Shown here: positions 47,201-59,546 of the stretch, piece after piece
How positions within the stretch are numbered: position 1 is the first letter of the stretch
Layout: every line of letters begins with the position of its first letter
Source of the DNA: an uncultured Clostridium sp.
GTDB lineage: Bacteria; Bacillota; Clostridia; Peptostreptococcales; Peptostreptococcaceae
NCBI GenBank assembly: GCA_937944945.1
Contig: CALEBD010000406.1
Location: 48,050-112,049 of the forward strand
Direction of reading: 5' to 3'
Length of the DNA: 64,000 nt
Notes under the pieces: generated by a model
Database searches by the model: none
What the model was told of the DNA's origin: nothing
What the model saw: the letters and a program-made list of their open reading frames with translations, nothing else
Program-made: the position numbers and the translations under genes

Positions 47201-49624
47201 GCAGAGTTCTACAAAAATATTATAAAAGAAGTTAGAGGTTATTTATTTACTAGTACTAGTAAGCCAGACCTAATATTAGCACTAAGCTCTGTTTTTAATC
47301 CAGATGAGAGTAATCCTAACTTGGAAGTAACTAATGTTGAATTTGGGTTAATGTCGGCCCCAAATATTAGTGCTAGAAATTCTGACTAGAAATGGGGCTA
47401 CGGATAGGATGCAAAACAATTTGGCATTTTTGACAAAAGCAATGATGAGAGAACTATAGGCAATGCTAACCCATCTGAAGAATCACAACACATAAATAGG
47501 AAAGCTATTAATGCTATTATTACACTAGCAAACGGTAAACGAGTTGCGATTCCGTTGTTTACTTTGGGCAATTTAGAAACCTATACTAGAAATCCTACTT
47601 CAGAAATAGGAATCAAGCTAAAAGCATTATTTGAATAGAATCCAGATCCATATAACTTTCATAAAGCTATTCTATAGGATGAAGAGCTTTCCAAAATACC
47701 AGAAGTAGCCAATTTAGCTACCCTCTTTTTATTTACAAATGGTGGATATTTTAAGATAGATAACGAATCGTGGATTCCTTCCAAAGGATTAAAAAATTGG
47801 GGTATTTAGGTAAATCAGAATGCTATATCTGGAACTAAGTTTGAATTTAATGGAATTACTTCCACTATATCTGAAGCTTAGGACTATTCTGGATTTATAT
47901 TCTCTAAGGGAGTATATACTTCCATGTAGGATTTAAGTGATGCTAATGGAAATCCTATTAAATTTGCAAATAAAGGCCATGCATTTATACTAGTCACCTA
48001 GAATCCGCTTTTAAGTAGTGATTAGTTAATGCGGGAGCAGTATGAACGATAGTTAATAAATCCTAATGAGAATAAAGAGGTCACTCTTGTTTACGTGGTT
48101 CCTCCTAAAGTACCTGTTGAGGATTACCTAATAAACTTAAGAAACCTAATAAAGGAAACTGATTCAGATAAAAGAAAAACTATTAAAAAACTTGGAAGTC
48201 GTTTAACTTCTTATTAGATTTGGGATAAGCTTCTCCCAGAGCTAAAAAGTAACAACCCATTATTTAATAACTTAGAAGACGAACTAAAAACAAAAATAAT
48301 AGAAACAGTTGAAAGACTTTAGTAGCTAGAAAAATCCTCTCCAGAGCTATTAGTTAATGAGGTATCTACAGAAGAAACCTGGAAAGGGACAGGTAAACCT
48401 ACATAGAGTATTCAGTAGCATCTGAATTATGCATTGTTGAAATGCTATATTGATGCTCATATTAGTAATGTCCTACTAGATAAAGTAAATGAACTTGCTA
48501 ATATTTTGCGAGAAAGAGGAATGGGAGAGTTTTATTACTCTACTAAGTTTAAGGAAAAGATACCTCCAAAAGATTAGGTAATGGTTTAGTTAGAATCTGA
48601 CAATTATACTATTAACGGTCTTCCATTTACTATAAATGCTAAACTTGATTCTAGCTTATTTAGCTAGAATAAGGATTTCAATACTATAATAGAATCTTTT
48701 GTAAATAAAATAATTCCCGCGAACGATAAAATTCCTAGAGACTATTCAAGTGATACCTTCGGGTTTATAAATCCCAATAGTTCTCAACCGAAGAGAGATA
48801 CGTTTAGTATAGAACCTAATTGGTATAATATAAATCAAATAACTATTTCTGGAGAAGGCATCTCCGTAGATGGTAGAATTAAAAATTTTACTCCTGAGTA
48901 TGTTGATAAACTAAAATCCGCATTACTAATTAATGGTAAGATACCTACCTCAAAAGAAATTTTTGAATTATATCGACCTTACCATTTTGACTAGATAAAT
49001 CGAACAAATGCTGATTTAATGTATAATAATATTATAGCTTATTTATCTGGAGATGCTGTACTCCCTGACGGTTATAACATTTATAACATGATATAGGGAG
49101 ATGTAAATCGTACAATGAATGAGTTTAACGCCAGAGATAGTAAGTCTAAGTATTTCTTCAATACTGCTAGTGATAGAGTATTTAAGGTAGAGTTTTCTGA
49201 GGATTAGATTGATAAGGCAGGACTAGAGAAATTTATATTAGATACATCCATTAGAACAGATGAATACAATCTAGGAAATAGTTTAACTCTAAGAATTAAT
49301 AGGGAGAATCAGACAGCCGAATTAATAAAAGAAGCGTCGTAGGGACAAGATTCTTCTATGTATGACGAGATGTTCTTAGAGGATGGTTCTCCGATATATA
49401 ACCTGTTTAGTAACATTGGTTATATGTCAGAATTTCTAGACTACTAGGGAGCATATGGCTGGAATACAGTTTCAGAAATGTAGGGTTCAGAGGTAGTTGA
49501 CGAACTAACTAACATATTCAAGGCTATGCCAGATAATGATACAAATAAAGAAGAATTAAAATAGTTATTGAATTATTTAGCTCAAGATAATGAATATTGT
49601 ACAAATATATTTAGAAACATATGA
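41282..49624 (+). CDS. Giant virion protein with hydrophobic N-terminal segments and an internal SF1 (RecD/Dda-like) helicase domain (2780 aa, TAG=Gln)
   Basis: Fragments 41624-47389 share one frame; GIPGAGKS (45794), IIIDEISH, AGDFDQ, SMRT, AA(Q)GLE, DLYTAISRA motifs. Confidence 0.8.
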
Positions 49625-52600
49625 TTTGTGACTATAAACAAAAGTTTAAAACTGATTTTGGTAAACTTATTAAAAGTCTAGAGAATTAGAGTGCAGAGCA
49701 GATACGCTCTGCAGCTCTAGATTATCTAAAAGCAGCGAAACAAAATGCACAAGATGCTGGGTATTCCAGTATTAATGATTTCCTATCCGACTGGGCAAAG
49801 TTCGTAGATTGGAGATTGGCTAAATCAGGAATAGAACCAATAGGTTCTACTACTATCCAGAAAATACTCTTAGGTGAAAATGAAGACATTTCAGAATAGG
49901 TAGTTACTACAGCTAGTATTGATATAGATTACTCTAAAAACTAGGTAAATAGTGACTTTCTGAATTAGATATATAATGGAGCTGACGAAGTTAAAAATAG
50001 TGCACTAAGGTAGATTAACTTTAACCTATGTAACTCTATGATATTTAATCGAGACAATGGGACTATAATTAGAGGAGATAGAGAGTTAAATAAAAATCTT
50101 AGAGAATACTAGTAGACATTGTTCGATATAGTATATAATTTCCTTTAGAAGAAGGGAAGAACTCTTCCTGGAAGGACTCTTATGTACGAAGATGGAAAGT
50201 ATACTAGAGCCTTTGAGTACTTAGCCCCTCTCGCAGAGGATGTATTCAATAAATTTGATAGAAAGAGGTTAATAACTGAGTTTAGCTATTAGACAGACTC
50301 TCTCAAAGCTTTTAACGCATATTAGACTCTGGCACACTTTGACGAGTTTTTACTACATATTTTTGGAGATACAATAAAGATTAAAGATAGAGATACTAAA
50401 TTCACAGATTCTGACAAATATACCTTATCTTCTAAAGCTACAGCTATGTTCTGGGCTAATAATGAGGAAGACGATATAGATTTATCAAAGTCAATCAACA
50501 ATTTGTCTAGAATACTAGTTAATTCTACTAGGCTTTATGACTATAATTCCGGCACTCTTATTCCAGATACTTATTTGAATTTTGGATAGTTTACTGTATT
50601 AGTTAGTAAATTAAAGGATTTATCTTCTAACAGGCCCTTAACTAGGGGAATTCTTCTTAATGAGGTCAAAGCTAGAAAAAGAACTATTCCTTTAGACTCT
50701 ATTAGTAGCGAATCTGCTGATTTTATTAAATCCCTAGGAACAAGCGCTACTTTAGCTACATTAATTAATAAAACGAGGTTATATCCCAGAGAAGCTTTTA
50801 CTGCTATATTCGAATTACTAACTAGTTAGGACTTGAAAAATATTTTTAAGCCAATAGCTAATCAATTTACTTTAGAAGAAAGAAACGTACTTATGTCTTT
50901 GGGAAAAGAACTATTCAATAATTAGGGAAATTCTTTAAGAAGAGTGTAGGACTTAGAAGGATATTTCGATTGTGATTATTTCTCTACCTTATTATAGACA
51001 TCTGATACTACATGTATTGTTAAAAATAGTCAATACTCTATAGATGCTGTAAGTGGTAAGATGGTATTAAAATCTTTATTAAGCTCTAATATTAATTAGA
51101 TATAGAGAAGACTTAACGATACCTTAAATACTATGAATACTCCGGAAGGAGAAGTGCCGTATAGTCCTTCCTATGATAAGTCAGGATTTAATTTCACATG
51201 GAAAGGTAAGAATGTAAATATTGATAATGTAGGTAGAGTAACTATAGATAAGATTCCAATAGAAAATGCAACCATAGAATAGCCAGTAGAGTTTTTAGAC
51301 TCAGTATTATTCTAGAATTTTACTAATAATCCAAAGTATTTAGATAATTTTGTGTTTATTACTGGTCTGTCTAGATAGTAGGCAATAGCCTAGTTATTTA
51401 GATTTGGGGCAGAATTATTACATGGTCAATTTGTGTTGAAGAAAATAAATGATGCATTATCTCAACCTAGGAGAGTTGATGAAGAAAAGTTGACTAAATT
51501 AGAAAGAATTTAGCAAATTGCGAAGAAATATTATCCAGTTGACTACTATGGAGAGCCTAAGGTGAGTCAAGCCTACTCTACTATCGATATTGTTCCCAGC
51601 AAACAGTTAACTACTCTGGAATAGCTTGCTGAGGCTAGAGCAGTAACAGATGGTGCTACTTCAGCTACTTCAGTGAAGGATTCTACTGGAAGAACATTGG
51701 CAACTAATTCTCCCAGTAGACTTTTATCTACCTATGAAATGTAGATGGAAAGTATCAGAGATAACCCCAGTTGTCCAGCGCATAATTTCTCTATTGTACA
51801 GGACCCATATACTTTCGTCAATATCTATACTGTTAGAGAACTAAAAACGTAGGATGGAGAATATAAATTGTTCAACTAGCTAAGTTCTAGGGAATTTTTG
51901 GAATCAGCTATTACATATGACCTAATTTAGCCCTTAATAGGATTAGAAACAGGGAAAAATAATCTTTCTAGTAAAGGAATCCTACCTATAATTCCTTCAG
52001 TAAATTCCGATAAATCCACAGTAAGTAAATTATTAGTTAACTTAGACCATGAGGTTAAAAAGATGGGATATTCGAGTATAGAAGAATTTATTTCGTCTAC
52101 TAACAATGAACCTTTACTATAGTATATAAATAAAGAACTTGGAGACTATTATAGTAAACTGATAACTAAGTTAAATAATGACTTTAAATTGTTTACTAAC
52201 AGTCCTACATATAATAGAGTATTTGGAGATTTCGTGTTAGAATATACCCCTGAATCCTTGTAGTAGTTTAAAGATAAGGCTAGAAGTGAGGAGACATTTA
52301 CAAGTTATAGAAAATTAATTGATACCATAAGTAGAGAATCTGGAGTTAAAATAAACGAGGAATTACACTTTGTGTTTGCTAAGGGAGGAGAGTTATTTTT
52401 TAATAACTCTATTATTGCTCTCGCTAGGCGCTATAAAAATACAAACAGACTTGGATTCTTCCTCCAATATAAGAATACTGAATTATTAACTTCTTTAATA
52501 AATAGTAAAGTAGTTATAGATTTAGATACTAAAACTTAGAATTGGTTCAAAAAGAACGAATTGGGGCAGTGGATTAGTGATTCCGGAACTCTAATATTTG

Positions 52601-55600
52601 CCAAGTATAAAGACGAATAGGGAAATATTCATGATATTATTAGTGAGGCAGATTTTATTTAGCTAGGAATTAATAAGTTTGACCCGCACTCTTTAGTTGA
52701 AACTGTAGTACTAAATCCTTTGCTATCTAAATATAATGCACTCAATTATCTATATAGTTAGGAATTTCTGTTATCTACTGTAGGAAGTCATGTTAATCAT
52801 CCTAATAAGAAAGCGAATCAAATAGACTTCAACAACTTTGAAGCTATTATGAACGACGAAGCCAATAGATATTAGGCATAGCATAAACGTAACGTATCCA
52901 TGACTGCAGCTATGCATGAATATTTACTAGGGCAGCTCACTGGTGTCCCTACTAATGCTAGAATAGCAGTTACATAGGATATTAACGATTATGTTTGTAA
53001 TATTCAAGGTGATAATACAGCAGTAAAACCTTTTGATGGTTCTACCTTTGTAAATCCATTTATGGTAGTATTGGAGAATAACTCTTTAAATGGGGAGCGT
53101 TCTGGAATACACAAAAAGCCTTTTATACATTTTTATGATGAAACTACTGGAACTGGTGGAATTATCAAAACGGCAGGCTTCGGATTAACTAATAGTTGGC
53201 TTAAGAACTCTCCATTTAATGAAAGAATGATGAAGAAAATGACAGATATTGTTTGGTCTGATTAGAATGGAGAACCTATTTACATAGACATAACAAGGAG
53301 ATATTAGGGCTAGTAGGGAGAACCTGATATTGACTATGGAAATATTTATTATACTTCACCTATCAAGAATCCAAATACTGGAAAATGGGAACGTTAGTAT
53401 AATTGTATAACTAAAATAGAATACTTAGGCAATGGTTCATATAATTTATATGAAACAATTGCTGCAAAGAACGGAAAACTGTTAGGAGTCCCCTAGCTAA
53501 GAAGAGTAGATGGCATAGATACTAATTACAAAGTATGGAAGTATATTTTCCAAGGAATAAACAGCGTAAGTCTGAATGAAAATGGATAGCTTGCTGGATA
53601 CAAAAACTTCGGAGAATAGTCTATATATAATACTGTTAAAGCTATTAATAGTTGTGGATTTTTGTTAAAAGGGAATAAGCCCCTAGATTAGAATAATTTT
53701 TATTAGCCCATGAAGCACTCTGATATTCACTATCTTGTGACTGAGGGGGCTATTAAATAGGGGGCTGCCAACTATAATACCAAAAGTATATACTATGACA
53801 GTATTCCATTTAATAGCTATTCTATATAGCTAGCATAGGCAGGAATCCAGTTAGACAAAGAACATCATGCTGATGACTCTGAAATATCAATGATGACACA
53901 GGTGGTAAGTGCCTGCGCAGCATTAGGATATACTTGGGATGAATCAAACAAAATGTATCAAGCTCTATATTCTTTAACTAAATAGGGGATAGAACCCTTA
54001 GTAGACTCTCTTAGAAAGGAGTTAGACCCTTCTGGAAGTAATACCGAATTTTCAAAGACTTTAGCTAATCTTTTAGTTAAGTAGCTTGCTAACGGTAATA
54101 AAGCAAAAGACGGAATTATTATGGATGTAGTAGCAAACCTTATAGATAAGTATAAAAGAGGAGAAGAAATAACTGATGATGATATTAGGAAAAACCCTAT
54201 CCCGGTAAGCGATCCTGTATTGTATAATAAAATAGGATCTATGCTCTCTTCAATACTTACTAAATCTGCTATTAAATTAAAGTTTAAGGGAATTTTGTCT
54301 GTGCTAGTACCGTCTCACGAGACTATAAAACTATACGGAGGAAAGCTAAAATCAGAATTCGTAAATTTTGAGGAAGAAATAAAAGAGTTATAGGCTTAGT
54401 AGCCAGTTATTGGAATTTAGGATGTTTAGATGAATAGAACCTATTTTGTAGTTGATGCTGAAGGAAATACTATAGACAAGGTTCATGTACAAGGCCCAGT
54501 TACTGGTAAGGATGTATATGGAGATCCCTCTTTAAAGTATATTGGATATTACGATTTAAAGAGTTTATATCCTAATAATTTATTTATAGAAGATATAATT
54601 GATGGAAGAAATCTGGGGTCATATTTCTTTACTTTCATTGGAAGTGATGGAATAAAGTATAATATGTATGATTTGGCAGATTCTTATAATATATATATAC
54701 AGTAGGAAGGAGCCTCTAGAAAAACACTTCAGGAAGCTCTGAAAAATGTAAAAGAGGGAGGGATAGTAAAAGTATTTACTGGAAATGAATATAAAGATGT
54801 AGTCATTAACAATTTGCAAGTATAGCCTTATGAAGTTATAATGCCCAAAACAATGGCTTCACAGTTAGGACTTACTCCAGAAGATTCTGTAGATTCTCTA
54901 CTAAGAGACCAGAACATATTCAAAAAGAAATTGATTAAAAATCTAGCTATTGGAATTACAGATGAGAGAGCCTATACTGTAGCTCTAAAGAGGTTAAACG
55001 GACAACACTTTTATATATTAAGTAAGTAGTAGTTTAATAAACTCCATCCAGAATTAAAGAAGATTTAGACTTATCCACCAGAAGTGGATGCAATTTCAGG
55101 AAAGATATACTAGACCGATATTAATGGAGAAAGACAATACGAATTATCCTCATTAGAGGATGATACATATACTATTGATGGATAGTAGGTTATTGTAACC
55201 GATAACGTAGGCTTCTATTTAGATGCCTTTAACTATAACATTCCTTAGGTATCTAGTAAAGTTGATTCAGTATAGTTAGGTAAGATACTTCGACACAAAT
55301 CTAAAAATAAATCTTTTAGAAGTTGGATTAATACTGTTGGTAAGGATATTACTATAGCTAGGCATAGAAATCAGTAGCTAAGCAATATAGAGATAAATCA
55401 AGAAGGAAATTTCGAAAGTAATGGGCAATTAGTAGAAGCCTAGACTTTAAACATTATAAACTACTTAGGAAATGAATTATATACTTCTTTCAAAAAGTCT
55501 TTAGATATAATAGCTGCACGTATTCCGGCGCAATCAATGTAGTCGTTTATGCCTATGAAAGTCGTAGGATACGAAGATTTTGATATAAATACAGCATATG

Positions 55601-58600
55601 TATCTACTCACCAAATATGGTTATAGGGTTCTGACTACGATATTGATACGGTGTCTCTATTAACTTTTGAACTATTAAAAAATGGAAAATTTGCAGGATG
55701 GTCACCTTACTTTGACCTTTCTTCTGAAGAGTCTTTAAGAATATCAACTGGGCTAAACTACCCAACTGGAGAAAAGATTAAGAGAATAAATATCAGAGAA
55801 GCAGTTGAACATGAGGAAGGAGTAGGAGACGGAGATAAATTTGCATCTTATATCGTTAACTTATTTTCTTCATATGATTTTAAGATGGTTAATAATATGC
55901 CAACTCTATTTGAAAGAGATGATACCTTATAGAATAGGGTAGAATTAATTAATCGGCTATCTAAAGATGGGTTATTGAAGTTTTCGGACTTGTCCGATTT
56001 AGGCAAATAGAAGGCTGCAGATATATTCAATAAGGAATTTAGTCAGAAGTTTACTCCAGAGCAGTTAGAGTTTTTATTTGAAGAGCTTGCTGTCATGGTT
56101 AATGACCATAATTTATATTCCGACAATTAGGAAGAGTATACTAAGAACTATGTAGTATAGCAAATGATTGATATTATTGCCAATCCAGTGAATTAGATGT
56201 AGGCTACTATGTCTGTAGACTAGACTACCGATAGACCCAAAAAGATGGCAGAGAAATCGGAGGCTGGTAAAGCTTTGAAGTATGCGACTCCAGGAAACGT
56301 TGCTAATATAATGTAGGCAATAGAAGATAACTATACTGGTAAAGAGGTTATTGGTATTTCTGCAGTTGGATTAAAATCCTTCTTTGCTATTACGTAGTAC
56401 GCCAACACTCTCTTAAAACAAGGGAATCTTAAACCTCTATTCAACAAATCTATTGTATTTAACGGAAAGGAGTATTACACTATAGCTAATGCTAATCCTG
56501 ATTTAGCTCCGTAGACTTTAGAGAATTTAGAATTATTGTAGAGAATAGCAAATGCAGATGATGCAGCCCTTGAGATATCTGCATTGTTATCATTAGCTAC
56601 AGACAACGCTAAGGAACTATGCTTGGCCAAATTAAATGCTAACTCTAAGATGGCAGATATGTATATTTACGGTCTAGCTATGGGTATTCCCTACGAAGAA
56701 TTAGGTAGAGTGCTTATGTCCCCGGTAGGAGATGCTGTAGCATCCATGTTGAAGGGAAGTATTATTAGTGATAAGCTTTAGCTAAACTCTATTGATGATG
56801 TTATCAAATTTATGGGTAATCCTATTAGCTCAATACTTGGCTCTTTCAGTACCGAATATCTAGTAGATAACACCGGAAAAAAGACTGGAGTAAATATTTC
56901 TACAGCTATTAGAAAAAGTACCAAGGGAGTAGAAAAATGGTTGAACGACCTAATGAAGTCCTTGTATGGAGAATTAGACGATTTTGGCAACTATACTTAG
57001 AAGAAAACTATCAATGAAGTTATTAACGAATTAAACAGTTTTAGGAATAGAGTTATAACTAATTATAGTAATACTGTAAGGACAGACCTTGTCCAAAACA
57101 AGTAGTTAGCAAATAAAGTTATAGACTAGATTATTGACGGTCTTATAGTTTATGACAAGGTATGGAAGAACGGACCTCAATTGTTTGAAAACCTTGTTAC
57201 CTTACATAAGGGAGCAGCGGAGTTTAACAAAATAGGTTAGTTACTAGGAGTTAATTAGGGAGTAAAAAATAAAGAAGAAGATTATCTAAATTATGTAAGG
57301 AATATAGAAAATATTGTTCCTAGCAAACTAGACTTCATTTAGTTTATGACTAACCAAGAATATAGGTAGGCTAAAATTGATGAGTATGAAAAGATTAAAG
57401 TTAGTTTCAATCCTTTAGCTATCATAAATACAGTTCCACACTATTGGGGATATTCTTTAGCAGCATTTGAGAAGCATGAAGCGTATATGAAAAGTTCTAT
57501 TAAATACAGGACTATTCATGATTATATAAACGTTGGATATTAGTATGGCACTGATACTAAGGGTACTATTCAAGGAATTTCCAATTTATGTAATGATAAA
57601 TTAGTTAATAACTACTTAAGTTCTTTAGAGTTTGTATTGCCAGCTGGGTCTACTTTAATATACTTGCAGGATAAAGATACGCTAATAAAAACTTAGACCT
57701 CTAAGGATTTGCCTATCAGATTAGGAACTATTGGAGGCAATGCTACCTTCAAAAATTGGGTAGAAAAGTAGGTAATACCAGACTTGAAAGCTGGATATAA
57801 TTCTAGTAGCAGAGATCGTATTAATATAGCCCTTAAAAATAATGAGTTCATAAACTCATTAAGACCAAATATATATTCTAAAAATGCTAGTAGAAATAAT
57901 TCAGTATCATATACTACTACTATTAATATGTCTCCAATTTCTGAAGAGGATAGGCTGACATTAGGAAGGCTTAGATAGAGCTTTGACTCTATCAATTCTA
58001 GTTACAATGGAATACCTATCAAAGATATTCTATACTGGTACAACCTTATTTCTTACGGAGGTAAGTCTGGATAGAGTACTCTAACTAGTATTTTTGATAA
58101 CTATGTAAATTCTGCTGAACCTTCTAAGTTTAGAGAAGAGACTTCTAAACTAGATACTAGTGGAGATAGTTTCTAGTTATCTAACGAAGAGTTAGCTACC
58201 TGGCTAACTCCTATAACTAGTAGTAGAAGAGGAAGATTTAGAAGAAGAAGAAATAAGGAGGAGCTAAGAACTGACTTGATTTAGATTCTGAGAGACGAGG
58301 ACGGGGTATTTACTGGAGAATAGATATATAATAATTAGGATAATATTGACTATAATGTTATATTAAGTATTCCGACTTAGGGAGACTTAATAGAATTACC
58401 ATTTAATGATGGATCTATAATAGTTAATACTGTTACTAGAACCATTATGGATATAAAAACAGATAAGTTATAGGGAGAATAGCTAACGAAAGTAAAAAAG
58501 TTTTTAGCATCTCACTCTAACTTGTATATAGACTACGATCCTAATATTAGAAACTATAAAATAAATATAGATATATTAAACAAATATATAGACAATCAAA

Positions 58601-58614
58601 TAAACTGTAAATGA
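49621..58614 (+). CDS. Virion-packaged DNA-dependent RNA polymerase, crAss-like/phi14:2 gp66-type (2997 aa, TAG=Gln)
   Basis: RIPAQSM(Q)S..(Q)GSDYDID catalytic DxDxD motif at 55633-55647; DGSTF, HKKPF, GIQLD and LSLATDNAKE motifs; fragments 53062-57978 in frame. Confidence 0.9.
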
Positions 58615-59546
58615 GTATATGTATAAACAAAAATTCTGTAGAGTTCAGGGCGCTAGAGTAGCGTTCTGGGCTTCCAGAATCCTATTTAGCGGCTATATGT
58701 GCAGACTTCTAGGAAAGACTTGGCAGATTTCCCCACCTTGATGAAATTAAGGGAGTAGATTCTTCAAATTATTTGACAGAAGAGCTAAATATTAAACGTG
58801 GGATTACGAAGGAATAGTAGATTTATAGGCTTACTGGGAAAAATGATTTACAATCTTCATAGGTATGGATAAATGATAACTTTAGAGACCTAGAAGTGGA
58901 GTTTTCTCCATTCTTTGGCGATATTAAGGTATATATTACTCATAGACCTATTACTCAAGAAATCTCTACTCCTGTAAGTCATTCTAAAATAAGCGATACG
59001 CTAGTTGTAGAGGAGATTGTAAGTAAATTGCGGGACGTATATGGACTACCAGTAGAATCTGTTATAACAGAGGATTTAAATGAATATAAAGAATCTCCAA
59101 TTTTTTCGGAAGGTGGGATAACTTATGTAAATGCAGATGCTGTTACCCTAGATACCCCAGTAATAGAGCTAATTCCTCTGTTAATTACTTCACTCCACGG
59201 TACAGAACTTTACGATAAGCTAATTAAAGATAACGAAAAAGAATTTTCTAAAGAATTAAGAAATAGAATAATAGATAAAAGCGAAAAATTATAGTTTCTT
59301 CCAACCAACGTATAGTATGAGTTAATGTATAATATGAAGCGTGTATTAGACTCTATTCTAATGGGGGAATCTAGTATTAGAGATATTAATGACGATATAT
59401 TATTCAACAGTACTTTGAGGTCACTTGCTAGAATAGTTAACTCTAAAATCGATGTTTCTAATTCTAATATACTAAGTCTGGATTTGGAAGAAAAGCACAA
59501 ATAGTTAATGGAAGAAGGGAAGGTAACTGAATACTGTCATGTCTGA
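58611..59546 (+). CDS. Virion protein with degenerate zincin-like domain (311 aa, TAG=Gln)
   Basis: ATGA overlap; GITYVNADAVTLDTPVIELIPLL resembles the zincin core but lacks the histidines; TGA 59544-59546. Confidence 0.65.
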
